From positions 32,001-96,000 of the forward strand of contig CAWJIM010000016.1 of the NCBI GenBank assembly GCA_963842945.1: a stretch of 64,000 nt of DNA, in the 5' to 3' direction. Below are positions 52,636-64,000 of the stretch, in pieces. The DNA is from an uncultured Gemmatimonadales bacterium (GTDB lineage Bacteria; Gemmatimonadota; Gemmatimonadetes; Gemmatimonadales; GWC2-71-9). Made by a program: the position numbers and the translations under genes. The notes below the pieces were generated by a model. It searched no databases. It saw nothing but the letters and a program-made list of their open reading frames with translations, and had not been told where the DNA came from. How positions within the stretch are numbered: position 1 is the first letter of the stretch; each line of letters begins with the position of its first letter.

Positions 52636-54467
52636 TCAAGCTCTTGGACTGGACGCCAGCCCAGTAATCTCCAGCAGAGTGTCTCCGAACTTGGCCAGGG
52701 TTCGGGGCCCAACCCCTTGGACTCGCGCCAACTCCAGACGGGTGGACGGCCGTTGCGTGACGATGTTGCTCAGCGCCGCATCCGGCAACACGGTATATGC
52801 CGGCACTCCCATTTCTCGCGCCACTCCAGCCCTCCACTGCTGCAACACCAAGATCAGCGGATGGTGACTGGGCAACGATTTCTCGGGCGTGCCGGCCAGG
52901 GCGGCGAGTATAGTGCCACTCAACCGGGCAGCCAGAGCCGGACCCACACCCGGCACATCGGCGAGCGCGGCCGCGGTTGACGGGGGATTTCGAGCCAACC
53001 CCAGCAGCACCTCGGGCTCTAGCGGGCAACCACCCCATATAGTCTTGCTCTGAAGCAGCGCGGAGCGAAGCCGGTTCAGCCGAGTCGAGACATCTCGATT
53101 TTCGGGGGTGAACGTTGCTCTGGTGCCGCAGCAATCGCACCCGCTGCAGCGAGCCAGCCGCTCTCCGAAGTATCCCACCAGGCGGGCCCGCCGACAGCGG
53201 GACTCACTAGCATAGTTGGCGACCGCCTGGATTCGGAACTCGGCCTTCCCGCGCCGCTCCGAGATCGGCCGCCAATCCACCGGGCCACGCTCCGGCCGGA
53301 GCTCCCGTCTGAGCCGTTCCGCTGATTGGAGCACGTTTTCCGGAACGCCGCTCACTCTCCCGGCTTTGCTCCAGATTCTTTCCAGCTCCGGACGGGGAGG
53401 AAAGGTGACGTCCAGCTGCCGCCGATGGAGCACGGCGTCTCCCGGGCGCCAGAGCATGACGCAGCGGGCAAACTCTCCATCTCTGCCCTGCTCTGCCGGC
53501 TTCCTGATAGTAGGCCTCCGGCGTAGCCGGAGGTGTCCAGTGCACCACCAGCCGCACGTTGGGCTTATCGATGCCCATGCCGAAGGCGCACGTTGCCACG
53601 ATGACGTCCACCCGGTCCTGGAGGAAGTCGTCGAGCGTGACCCGACGGAGCAGCTTGCTCAGGCCTGCGTGATAGGGGGCGGCCCGGTGCCCCGCTTCGC
53701 GCCAGCGCGCGGGCAATTGCCTCCGTGCTCCCTCTCGTGGGGGCGTAGACAATGGCCATGACATCATCGCCTTGGAGCAGACGAAGCAGTGCCGCCAGGC
53801 GCTCCCGCTCACTATTAACCCGCATCGCACCGAACCACAGGTTGGCCCGATCGAACGAGCCCAGGTGCAGTACGTAGCCTTCACGAAGCCGAAGGCTCCG
53901 GACAATTTCCGCTCGGACTGCGGGTGTGGCGCTGCCGGTCAACGCGACGGTCTGTGGCGTTCCCAATCGGTAGCGCACCCGGGCAAGCCTGCGATAGCTT
54001 GGCCGGAAATCGTGGCCCCATTCGGCGATGCAGTGGGCCTCGTCGATGACCAGGAGGCGGGGACGGATTCCCGCCGCCTGCAGCTCCAGGCTCAGGCGCT
54101 CGAGCCTTTCAGGGGAGACGTAGAGAAGGCGAACCGATCCATCCCGGATGGAGGAGCGAACCCGGCTCTGCTCCTCCTTGCCCAGCGAGCTGTTGAGGCA
54201 AGCTGCGGGAATGCCGCGAGCAACGGCGGCCTCCACCTGATCCTGCATCAGAGAGATCAGCGGTGAGACGACGATGTGCAATCCGCCGAGCACCAATGCG
54301 GGAACCTGAAAGCAAATGGACTTCCCGCCCCCGGTGGGGAGAACGGCGAGGGTGTCCTTCCCGTTCAGAATGGAGTAGATGACCGCGGTTTGCGCCGGCC
54401 GGAAGTCGGGATATCCGAAGTGATGCTGAAGGAGGCTGCGGGCCTGGGCCATGAGATCCATGGCCAA
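52636..54467 (-). CDS. recQ: RecQ-family DNA helicase with HRDC domains; frameshifts
   Basis: FRP.Q, PTGGGKS, DEAHC..EWGHDFRP.Y, ATCAFGMGIDKPNVR, YYQEAGRAG, CRR...YFGE...C..CD.C. Confidence 0.92.
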
Positions 54468-54663
54468 AGCTCGCGGCCATCTTGCGAGCTACTTAACCAC
54501 TATCGTGCGAAACGGCGCCAATCTGCTCGGTTTGTCTCACCCGCCGAGGCAAGACGCCGGCACCTGCTCCCCCCTCACCTTGGTGAGCCTGCACCACCGA
54601 GACTTCCACGGAGCTTCCAGCGGTGCTGCAGGTCGAGGAGCAGATGCCTGATGCAAAGCCTGG

Positions 54664-55239
54664 TTAATGCCCACCCAACCTTATACCCAGAGTAATGGGA
54701 ATGAACTGGGTGCTGGCATCCTCGGTGAAGATGTTGTGGAACCGGCCTTCGAGGAAAAGCCCGATCCCGCCGGTCTTGATATCGAATCCGGCTCCGGCAT
54801 TGACGCCGAAGTCGGTCTCACCGCCGGGCAGAATGTCACTGGGATCGTCCGACCCGGTGATCTTGGAGTTGTACACCCCACCGCCTCCGATCAGATACGG
54901 CCGGAAGGTGCTCTCCTCCGAGGTCTTGAACTTGAAGACGATGTTGCCGGTACCCATGAGATAGCGATTCTTCAGGCCGGAGAATCCGGGGAAAGCGGCA
55001 TCGTCGAGATTGAACTGCTGATACGAGCCATCGAACTGTATCCCCACCGGCCAGCCGTTCGGCACGAAGGAGATTGCGGCCAGTCCGTGCCAGCCCGTCT
55101 TGGCCGCGTCGTCGAAATCACCGAGCGGAATTCCGGCACCGCCGCCTAATGAGAATTCAGCACCCTGCGCACGGAGCGCGGGGGCACCGAGCAGCATTCC
55201 GACGGCGAGTGCTGCTATACCCTTTGACAAACCCCTCAT
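54664..55239 (-). CDS. Small outer-membrane beta-barrel protein (paralog of 51891..52466)
   Basis: GWHG, PYLIGGGGVYNSK, DFGVN.G.G, FIPITLGIRL. Confidence 0.8.
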   Translation of the reverse strand: MRGLSKGIAALAVGMLLGAPALRAQGAEFSLGGGAGIPLGDFDDAAKTGWHGLAAISFVPNGWPVGIQFDGSYQQFNLDDAAFPGFSGLKNRYLMGTGNIVFKFKTSEESTFRPYLIGGGGVYNSKITGSDDPSDILPGGETDFGVNAGAGFDIKTGGIGLFLEGRFHNIFTEDASTQFIPITLGIRLGGH

Positions 55240-55319
55240 GTTCTCCTCCTGGTGGCGTGGTGTTGACTCTCGAGGGGCCAAAGTAGCTCGGGCCGAATCG
55301 GGATAGTGAAGCCGTCACC

Positions 55320-55335
55320 TGTGACAGCCGTCACA
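55320..55335. promoter_or_regulatory. CRP-consensus palindrome
   Basis: TGTGA-CAGCCG-TCACA ~80 nt upstream of the OM barrel gene. Confidence 0.5.
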
Positions 55336-55479
55336 AAGACCTGCGCCGAAGCCACAGACGCAGCAGCAGGGACACCGCCAGCAAGACGATTGCCACCCAC
55401 CCCAGGCGCCGCTCGTCCAAGGCGACACTCAAGGCTGCCAGGAGAAAGCCCGCCAATGCCAGCGCGAGCCTCAGCCGGT

Positions 55480-56235
55480 TCATCGTTTCAGGAAGCGCGC
55501 GATGGCGTCGCGAAAGTCGGGCGTCGCCCGGGCCACGGCGTTGACCTGAGCCCCTCGAGCGATGCCCTCACTCAGGGTCGTGCCATCCATCTGGTAGAAG
55601 AGCTGCTTGGTGAGCGCGATTGCAGTACCGCTGCTGCCGGCGAGCTGACCGGCCAACTCGAGCGTCGAGGTCTCCAGTTCCCGGTCAGGGAAAACCCGGC
55701 TGACCAGACCGGCGCGCTCGGCCTCGTCTGCCGAGAGCAACCGTCCGGTGAGGACGAGATCGAGGGCGACCTTTTCCCCCGCGGCGCGTCGAAGAAGCGC
55801 CATCACCATGGCCGGCACAAATCCGCGCTGAATCTCCGGGTAGCCGAGCTGAGCTCCCGCTCCGGCGAGCACGAGGTCGCAGGCGGTGGCAAGGCCTGCG
55901 CCTCCGGCCAGTGCTCGGCCCTGCACTTTGGCGAGCACCGGTTTGGGCAAAGTGCGCATCCGCTCGAACAGAGAGCCGAGCTGGAGCGCCGCCGCCTCAT
56001 TCTCCTTGACCGTCTGATTAGCCGACGCGAGCAGCTCGTCGAGATCGGCGCCGGCGCAGAAGTCCTTGCCAGCGCCGCGGAGCAGGACGACGCGGACGGC
56101 GGCATCCAGATCGGCCCGCTCGAACGCCTGATGCAGGGCTTCGATCAGCTCGGCGTTCAGGGCGTTCCGCTTCTCGGGGCGATTGAGCGTGAGGCTGAGG
56201 ACTCCGGATGCGAGCGAGCTGAGGAGCGCGGTCAT
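55480..56235 (-). CDS. Enoyl-CoA hydratase/isomerase (methylglutaconyl-CoA hydratase-like)
   Basis: LNRPEKRNAL, FCAGADL, ALAGGAGL...CD, PE...G. Confidence 0.9.
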   Translation of the reverse strand: MTALLSSLASGVLSLTLNRPEKRNALNAELIEALHQAFERADLDAAVRVVLLRGAGKDFCAGADLDELLASANQTVKENEAAALQLGSLFERMRTLPKPVLAKVQGRALAGGAGLATACDLVLAGAGAQLGYPEIQRGFVPAMVMALLRRAAGEKVALDLVLTGRLLSADEAERAGLVSRVFPDRELETSTLELAGQLAGSSGTAIALTKQLFYQMDGTTLSEGIARGAQVNAVARATPDFRDAIARFLKR

Positions 56236-56671
56236 TGCGGCGGCTCAGACGGCGAGCCAGCGCAGCTGGAACCGGGATCTCCATCCGGAGCAGCGCGGTG
56301 GAGTACACCTTTCCCTGGGCATCGGTCTTGAGCGAGATGGTGCCTCCGCCATCGAGCGCGCCGTGCAGCAGGAAGTTCAGCGCGTTGAGGTTGGGCAGCT
56401 CGAATCGCTCAACCCCGATCACCATTCCCTTGAAGTGCCGGGCGACGCGCGCGGTGGTGACCTCCCGCCGGAGAATCGGGTAATACTCCGGCTCCAGGGC
56501 GATCAGCCCCACGTTGGCCGTGTCGCCCTTGTCGCCGGAGCGGGCGTGGGCGAGATAGCGGAGTTGCAAGCGGGGCAGCGGGGCAGCGGGGCGGCGGGGC
56601 CGTCCAGCGCCACCGGTGCTTACGCCTGCCCGGCTGCTCTTACTTTTTCTTTTCCCCGGCTTCTTTGCCAT
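56232..56671 (-). CDS. AtuA C-terminal-like small protein (3' end frameshifted)
   Basis: AHARSGDKGD, V.RFELP.L.ALNF, ALDGGG..SL..D.QGK. Confidence 0.8.
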
Positions 56672-56679
56672 TTGATCTC

Positions 56680-56703
56680 CCGCTCACCGCTCACCGCTCA
56701 CGC
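56680..56703. repeat. CCGCTCA heptamer repeat
   Basis: ccgctcaccgctcaccgctcacgc; related GTGAGCG(G) units at 43171-43288. Confidence 0.7.
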
Positions 56704-58076
56704 TTTCAAGATCTCCACCCTCACCTCGCTCTCTACCACCCGCCGGTCGATCAAGGCCGGCCAGTAGGCCACCACTTCCTCGACTGCTGGTCTGCCGCCG
56801 GCAAACCCGGTGACGCTGGGCGGCCCGGTGAGCACCAGCGGTGCGATCTCCCGGGTGAATCGTTCCACCGGCGCCTTCTCCCGGGCGCGAACCCCGATTC
56901 GCAGCTGCACCTCGGGCGCATCCGGGTTCGGGGGACCGCTCAGATTGCCGTGGGTGGCGTTTGCGCCGACGAACTCGGTGAGGATCTGCTCGTACTCGAG
57001 TCCCAGGTTCTTCAGTCGAGCCCGGAGGATTCGGTCGGCGGCACGCGCCTTCTCGTACGCCTCGGGCCAGGAGTACACCAGCGTCCCCACGGCCTTGTAG
57101 CCGTAGAAGTAGGCGATGGAAACCTTCAGCATCGGGGTGCGCGGGCCCCCCTTGATCCCGCTCACCTGTAACCCGGTCGCGCCCAACCTGCCGGAGCTGA
57201 ATGGTGGTGAAGTCGGCGATGCCGTCGGGCGTGATGTAGCTGTGCGGGTCGCCCATCTCGTAGACCAGCTGTTCGGTCACCGATGCCACGGAGACCACCC
57301 CGCCGGTGCGCGGGTGCTTGGTGACCACGAAGCTCCCGTCAGTCGAGGCCTCGACGATGGGAAATCCGGGGTTCTCCAATCCCTTCACCGAGCGCCAGTC
57401 TTTCAGCAGGTTGCCGCCGGAGGCCTGTGCGCCGCACTCGATGATGTGGCCGGCGACGGTCCCCGCCGCAACCTTGTCCCAGTCGTCGCTGGGCCAGCCG
57501 AACTCGTGAAAGATGGGACCCAGCGTGAGCCCGGTATCGGTGACCCGGCCGGTGATCACCACGTCCGCGCCGAGCCGGAGCGCCTCGACGATGGGCGCCA
57601 TCCCGAGGTAAGCGTTGGCCGACAGCACCTTGTCGCGGATGTCGGCCAGCGGCTGTCCGGTCTCCATGTTCGCCAGCGCATGTCCGGCGCGGATGAGCTC
57701 GTCCAGTCGTTCCCAGGATGTCGTCGCCGGTGACGAGTCCGATGTTCAGCCGCCCCGTCAGACCGAGCCTTTGGGCGACGTCCAGCACCGCCTCAGCGCA
57801 TCCGCGCGGATTCACGCCACCGGCGTTGGAGGTGACCTTGATCCGCCGCTTCACCACCTCCGGAAGAATGCGCTCCATCAGCGGGACGAAGTCGCGGGCG
57901 TAGCCGGCTTTGGGATCGCGCGACTTCTGCTTCTGCATGATGGACATGGTCACTTCGGCGAGATAGTCCATCATCAGGTAGTCGATAGGCCCGCCGTTCA
58001 CCTGGCGTACGGGAGCCTCCAGCCAGTCGCCCCAGAAGCCCTGCCCCGCGGCAACCCGCACCAGGCGATCGGTCAT
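56698..58076 (-). CDS. Acyclic terpene utilization AtuA-family protein; frameshifts
   Basis: [50 protein letters not shown]. Confidence 0.9.
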
Positions 58077-60947
58077 CGCATCATCGGAGGATTGGGGAGC
58101 GGCAGTCCGCCTTCCCGGGTCCAGCTGTGCTCCTCAGCCCGGACCACCAGCACTCCCAGAGGAAAGAACCCGTCGCCCAATGGCCAGGGATTTTCCGGGA
58201 GTGCGAAGTTCACGCTGGAAGTCTTCTTCGGGGCTACGGTGACGATCGAGTCTGTCGGTGTGGCCGGATCCAGCGCGACGGCAGAATCGGCATAGAGCCG
58301 GATGGCAGCCCGGAGCGTCCAGTTTTCCTCTCCGTCGGGATCGGCGAAGCCGGGGAACAGGGCCAATCGGAGCGGCATGGTTCCGTGATCGTCCGGCAGC
58401 TTGGCCTGAAGCCGGCCGAATGCGTAATTGAGCGGCTGTTTCTCGATCTGGCGGCCGACCGAATCGAACAGGGTGACGCCGAAATCGGTGAAGCGGCTCC
58501 ACTGCGCCCGCTCCATCGTGAGATCGACTACCACCGCCTTGGCCCAGGCCGGCGCTACGAAGGGGATTTCCCGGACGCCCGATCCGCGGGCGACCACCGT
58601 CTCGATTCGCTCGCCCCCGCCGAGGAGCATGGCCAGATCGGCCCGCACCGGAGCGGCGGTCAGATTGGTGAGCTTGGCCACGGCCAGGTTCTTCTCCGTC
58701 CCCAGCTGGAGGCGCACCGGCGATTGGGTGACCCTGACATTCACCGCAATCCGCTGAGCCGTCGGAGCGACAACCACGGCCTGATACGCTCCGGGCACGA
58801 CGTCTCTGGCGTCTACCAGATACACCGCCTCCCGCTCGGCTGCTCCAATGGGCCGGGTGTACTCGTCGCGATACGGCATTCCGTCCGGCTCATGGAGAAA
58901 GGCGAGCCCCTTCTGCCCGACGCTCGCGCTGGAAATGCGTAGCTCGTAGGGCCGGGCGCTGTCGGCCTTGAAGAAGGTGCGCAGCTCACTGCCGGCCTCG
59001 ACCGGCGTGCCAGACCTCACCTCGCGCGAGGCCGCCGCGATCGGCTCGGGGGCCGTCACGGTGGTCACCAGACGGAATGCGGGTCCCGCGAGACTGTCCG
59101 CGCTCCAGCCGCTCACCGTTGCGGTGTACCCGCCGGGCGCCTTGAGCCCCGACACGCGATAGCGCACGTCCACGGTTGCGGTCCGGCCGGTGAAGGTCAC
59201 GCTCGCGGGCGCGGAGGCCCAGGGAGCGTCGGAGCGAAGCGAGTACACCTGCCGCCCCGCAGCCGAGTCGAAGCGAGTCAGCTCGAAGCGCTGAACCCAG
59301 ACCGAGTCGGACGGCGCCTTCTGATGCAGCCCCGCGGTAGGCCGGCCCTCTGCGTTCAGTGCCCGCACTGCGATATCGGCGATGGTGCGCGGCTCGCTGA
59401 GCCACTGTGCCGCCTGGGCGACGTCGGGCAGTCCGGTCCCCTCGTCCACCAGACTCGCTCCCTGGAGGGGCCGCGCGGTAACCATGAGTGCCTGCTTGAT
59501 CTCCGCGGCATTAATGGTGCGCTTCTCCTGCAGCAGCTGGGAGACGAGCAGCGCCGCGAGTCCCGCCGCGTGGGGCGAAGCCATGCTGGTGCCCTGCTCG
59601 ATCTCGTGACCGGTATTCCATCGGGGCACGGTGGAGTAGGCCACGCCGGGGGCGATCAGATCGGGTTTGGCCAGCTCGCCCCCGCGGGAGCTGAAGTACG
59701 CCAGCAGATCGTCATGCGAGCCGCTGGGATTGGGCGGCAGAAAAGTCGAGGGCAGCGTGGCGCCGATGCTGATGCTCCGCCGGGCTGATCCGGGGAATCC
59801 CATGGTGGAAAGTCCCGGACCGTCGTTACCCGCGCTGATGACGAACGTCAGCGCGGGATTGGCGGCGAGGATCGAATCGATGATTCCGTCGATCCGGGCG
59901 GTGCCCTCGACCTCGTTTCCCACCCCGAAGCTCAGATTCAGCACCAGAGGCAGCCGCCGGGTCTGAGCGAATTGAATGGCATACTCGATAGCGCGCACCA
60001 GGCTGCCGGTGGTGGTGATGCTGCCCTGGGCGCTGTTGGCGATCTTCAGCCCGAGCAGCTGGGCGCCGGGCGCGACTCCGTTGAAGCCGGTGACCCCGTA
60101 CATGTCGTGAGCGGCCGCGATGCCGGCTACGTGGGAGCCGTGACTGTAACTGTCGAACACGAGATCCAGCTGAGGATCCTTTCCGCTGGACGAGAAGTTG
60201 GCTGCCAGGTTCATCCCTGGGGCGCCTCCCCCGCCGAGCCCATCCGAAGCTCTCTCGCGAAACCAGGTAGTCATGCACCGGCCGCTCACCGACTAGCGAG
60301 CCATCGCCATCGGTGTCGGCAAAGAGCACCCACCCGTCGGTGGCTCGGGTGACGACCAGCGGGAGCGTATCCGTGTCACTGCCGTTGCCGTTCAGGTCGG
60401 AGGCCGGAGGCTCCCCCAGCGGGAGCTCCGCGATGGTGCCGCCGTAGTAGGGGCCGCCGGTACTCACGGCGGCCACCCGGCCGAATCCCTTGAGCCGGTG
60501 TCCAGCGATGTCGATCGAATCTCCGACCGGAGTCACCGGCCGAAGCGGTACCGATCCTTCGTGAGAGAAATCTCTGAGATCCAGCAGCTTCGGCGTGTCG
60601 GTACTGGTCTTCAGCAGCCCGGGGATGCCGGGATCGATTCCGGTATCCAGAATGCCGATGAGCACGCCACGCCCGTCGTAGGTGGGATGCAGCTGGAGGA
60701 ACTTCTCCACTCCGGTGCTGCTCAGTGCCATCCACCCGTGGCTGTAGGCCGCCTCGGGCGGGACCATCGGCTGCGGCGGCTCCTCCGCTTCCGGCTCCTT
60801 GCCGGGCGGTGGCGTTTCCGGCGGCTTGGTGGAGACGCGGCCGGGATCGATGTTGGGCTTGGGCGGCGGAGATTCGGGCTCTGGTTGCTTCGGAGCGCAG
60901 GCGAGCGTCAGCACCAGGACAAGGAGGCTGCGGCAAATCCAGGGCAT
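58073..60947 (-). CDS. S8 serine peptidase lipoprotein, tripeptidyl-peptidase-II-like; frameshift ~60230
   Basis: Lipobox TLA-C; ILDTGIDPG, HGSHVAGIAA, SAGNDGP, GTSMASPH. Confidence 0.85.
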
Positions 60948-60954
60948 TGAGTTC

Positions 60955-62587
60955 CTAGCGGAGAGTGGCCGCGTCGAGCTGCGGAAGCACGAAGGGCCCC
61001 AGGTGGGGCCCGGCGTAGTTGGCGGTAATCCGAAGGGTGAAGGCGAGCAGGTCGCGGGTGTCTTCCGGGGTAATGATGGCGTCGACGAATCCGCGGGCGG
61101 CAGCGAAGCGGGCGTCGAGCTGCTGCTCATAGTCGGCCCGCATCGATTCCATGGAGGCCTTGGCCTCGGGCGATGGCTCACGCTTTTCACGCTTGGCCTT
61201 TTCCAGCTCGGCGCCGTGCACCGCCATCACCGCCGATTCGCCTTCCATCACGCCCATTCTTCCGGTAGGCCAGCTCAAAATGAAATCCGGGTCGAACCCC
61301 TGTCCCGCCATGGCGTAATACCCGGCGCCGGACGCGTGATTGATGGTCAGCACGATCTTGGGCACGACCGCCGTTGCCATCGCTTCTACGAAGTGCGCCC
61401 CGGCCCGGATGATGCCCGAGTGCTCGGCTTCGGGTCCGACCATGAAGCCGCTCACGTCCTGGATGAACAGGATCGGCAGCCGCTCCCGGCTGGCTGTTTC
61501 GATGAAATACGCCGTCTTCTCGGCGCTCCCGGTATACACGATGCCGCCGAAGCGGGGACGCTCACCCGGCTGGCCCTTCACCACTCCGCGCTGGTTGGCG
61601 ATGACCGCGACGGGTCTGCCCTCGATGTGCGCGTGACCGCAGATCATTTCCCGGGCGACGTCGGGCTGGAACTCGTCCAGCTCGCCGCCATCCAGGATGC
61701 ACGCCGAGCACCTGGCGCATGTCGTAGGACAGCCGATGGTCCTGGGGAAGGATTTCGTAAAGGTCGGTGGACGGCCGCGCGGACGGACGGGCGGACAGCG
61801 TGCGGTGGCTGATGCCTTCATGCCGGGGAAGACGGGCGATGTACTGGCGAATCCGCTCCAGGCATTCGGGATCGTCCGCCGCGCGGTAGTGGGCCACCGC
61901 GCTCACCTCGGTGTGAGTCTTGGCTCCGCCCAGGGTCTCGGCGTCGATGGTCTGTCCGGTGGCGCCCTTCACCAGGTTGGGGCCGCCCAGCCCCATGAAG
62001 CTGGTGCCTTCGACCATGAAGATCACGTCGGACAGCGCCGGCAGGTACGCACCACCGGCGACGCAGCTTCCCATCACGGCGCTGACCTGCGGCACATGGA
62101 GATAGCGCCGCATGATCGAGTTGTAGTAGAAGATCCGGGCGGCGCCATACTGTCCGGGAAACACGCCGCCCTGATAGGGCAGGTTCACGCCGGCGCTGTC
62201 CACCAGATAGACGATGGGGATGCGCTGCCGCATCGCCACTTCCTGGGCTCGCAGAATTTTCCTGATGGTTTCCGGCCACCACGAGCCGGCCTTTACGGTG
62301 GCGTCGTTTGCCACCACCACGACTTCGCGGTCTTCCACCAGGCCTACTCCGGTGATCACCCCCGCGCCGGGCGCCTGCCCCTCGTATTGGTCGTACGCCA
62401 CCAGCAGTCCCAATTCGAGCCAGGGGGAGCCCTTGTCCAGCAGCCGCTCCACCCGTTCACGCGGGGCAAGCTTCCCCTGCTGGTGCATCTTGGCCACCCG
62501 GGCCGCGCCGCCGCCCTGCTTCAGGCGGTGCGCCAGCTGCTGAAATTCCTCAGTCAGCGTACGCAGGCGCCCTGCCGCCGGGCTCAT
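60955..62587 (-). CDS. Acyl-CoA carboxylase carboxyltransferase (beta) subunit; frameshift ~61705
   Basis: GKL..RER...[32 protein letters not shown]. Confidence 0.92.
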
Positions 62588-63003
62588 GACTCCAGGTGCG
62601 CCGCGGCCCACGACTCGATGTACTCGATGAGCTCGGAGGTAGGCGTGCCGGGTCCGAACAGCTGACCGATGCCCAGCTGCTGCAAGGCGGCCATGTCTTC
62701 GGGGGGAATGATGCCGCCGCCGGTGACCAGTGTGTCGGGCCGGCCCATTTGCTCCAGGAGCTGGCGCACCCGGGGGAACAGGGTCATGTGGGCACCCGAG
62801 AGTATGGAGAGCCCAACCACGTCGACGTCCTCCTGCACCGCCGCCGTGGCAATCATCTCGGGGGTTTGGTGCAGGCCGGTGTACACCACCTCCATGCCGG
62901 CGTCGCGTAGGGCGGCAGCGACGACCTTGGCGCCGCGGTCGTGGCCATCCAGGCCCGGCTTGGCGACGAGGACGCGGATCGGACGGGTGGGCTTAGCTGC
63001 CAT
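62584..63003 (-). CDS. Cobalamin-binding subunit of an acyl-CoA mutase
   Basis: [10 protein letters not shown] (DxHxxG), [14 protein letters not shown]. Confidence 0.93.
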   Translation of the reverse strand: MAAKPTRPIRVLVAKPGLDGHDRGAKVVAAALRDAGMEVVYTGLHQTPEMIATAAVQEDVDVVGLSILSGAHMTLFPRVRQLLEQMGRPDTLVTGGGIIPPEDMAALQQLGIGQLFGPGTPTSELIEYIESWAAAHLES

Positions 63004-63703
63004 TGCGTCCCTGGGGGGAGAGAAGATCATCCACCAGGTCTGGTATCGAAGAGGTCACCCGGCAGTCGAGCTCGGTCATATGCTCATGGCTTGCCAGCAG
63101 CACGGCTTCCAGACCCGCCGCTCTGGCTCCCAGCACATCGATTTCGTAGAGATCGCCCACATACAGCGCCTCCTCTGGTGCGACGCCGAGGGCCTCCAAC
63201 GCCGCGTGGAAGATACGCGGATCGGGCTTCTCCACACCTAGGAGCGCGGAATCGATCACCACGTCGAAGTAGTGGCGAACGCCGGCGGCGGCGAGGGCCT
63301 GCTCCACTCTGCCGTCGCTGTTGGACACCACACCGAGCTTGAGACCGGCCTGACGTAACCGGGCCAGCGACTCGGCAGAACGGTCGGCGAGCACCGACCA
63401 AAGGTGACGCTCGCTGTGCATGCGGCTGAGGCAGTCGCGCACCTGGTCGAGGGATTCAGGCGGAACCCCGCTGAGCAGGAACAGAGACTCGAGGTAGGCT
63501 GCGGCCCGGTGATGGTCGCCGCCGCTGGCGGACTCCATGGCCTGGGTAGCGGCGGCGCGGTGCCGGGCCAAGCCCTCCCCCGTCAGCGGCAGCCCGACGG
63601 CAGCGCCGACCTCTTCGGCCAGGCGTGCGTAGTCGAGAAAGACCAGGGTATTCCCCGCGTCGAACAGTACCGCGCGGAGTCCCGCTCCCGGCCGCTTGCT
63701 CAA
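62993..63703 (-). CDS. HAD-IA family hydrolase
   Basis: [21 protein letters not shown]...D..GA..AG. Confidence 0.9.
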   Translation of the reverse strand: MSKRPGAGLRAVLFDAGNTLVFLDYARLAEEVGAAVGLPLTGEGLARHRAAATQAMESASGGDHHRAAAYLESLFLLSGVPPESLDQVRDCLSRMHSERHLWSVLADRSAESLARLRQAGLKLGVVSNSDGRVEQALAAAGVRHYFDVVIDSALLGVEKPDPRIFHAALEALGVAPEEALYVGDLYEIDVLGARAAGLEAVLLASHEHMTELDCRVTSSIPDLVDDLLSPQGRNGS

Positions 63704-64000
63704 CGAAAGCGGAGCAGCCCGCCCAAACCGTCGATCGCTACGCGGGCCTCGGGCTCGTAAACCACGTTGACGTCCACTCCCTGCCGGAGCGCCTCTTCGA
63801 TCGCGTCGTCCACCACGTCCAGAACCGGAATGGGCTCGCCTTCACCGCGGCACTCCCGCTCGGCGAACGCCAGACGGCCCGAATCCCCACAGCGGAAGCC
63901 CGGCTGACTTGCGTCGGCGTCCACCAGGAGAGAACGAATCTGGCCGCGCGACAGCGCGCGAAGCGTCGGCGTAAGGCCGTTCACCCCCCAGCCGGTTCCC
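63700..64000 (-). CDS. eRF1/baeRF-like protein, C-terminal part (5' beyond window)
   Basis: G...TL.AL..G....LLV, G..C..C, DVVD..IE.A, G.GGLLRF. Confidence 0.7.
   Translation of the reverse strand, partial: GTGWGVNGLTPTLRALSRGQIRSLLVDADASQPGFRCGDSGRLAFAERECRGEGEPIPVLDVVDDAIEEALRQGVDVNVVYEPEARVAIDGLGGLLRFR

Noticed and set aside
1..64000. Frequent frameshifts as mass pseudogenisation or programmed frameshifting
   Set aside because: They also hit rplU, RNase E/G and recQ and are single-base; best explained by long-read indel errors

Overview
High-GC bacterial window, most likely Gemmatimonadota (inferred from gene style: lipoprotein-type clade II nosZ, paired small OM beta-barrels, floA/nfeD). 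Many single-base frameshifts, even in rplU, indicate an unpolished long-read assembly, so split ORFs are joined below. Left part (1 to ~43.7 kb) is an accessory region next to tRNA-Leu(CAA). It holds a clade II N2O-reductase cluster (nosZ-nosB-like-nosD-nosF-nosY), three P-type ATPases, ppsA, ackA, malic enzyme, CBS, tandem-USP, two Acg-like nitroreductases, a TreT-like glycosyltransferase, an orphan OmpR-family regulator and a family of beta-propeller lipoprotein genes (Kelch/RCC1) with conserved framework and highly variable loops. Main observation: 16 intergenic sites share one promoter architecture, [TGAAG-N4]-CTTCA-N6-CTTCA-N6-CTTCN-N11/12-(C/T)ANNNT. It lies upstream of nosZ, the hypoxia-type genes, the regulator itself and every Kelch/RCC1 gene, suggesting one OmpR-type regulon linking N2O respiration to a diversified surface-propeller repertoire. 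A 3.1-kb decayed integrative islet is bounded by a 48-bp tRNA-Leu direct repeat. Right part (43.9-64 kb) is core-like: floA/nfeD, rplU-rpmA, RNase E/G, recQ, an acyl-CoA/AtuA cluster, and paired short tandem intergenic repeats.
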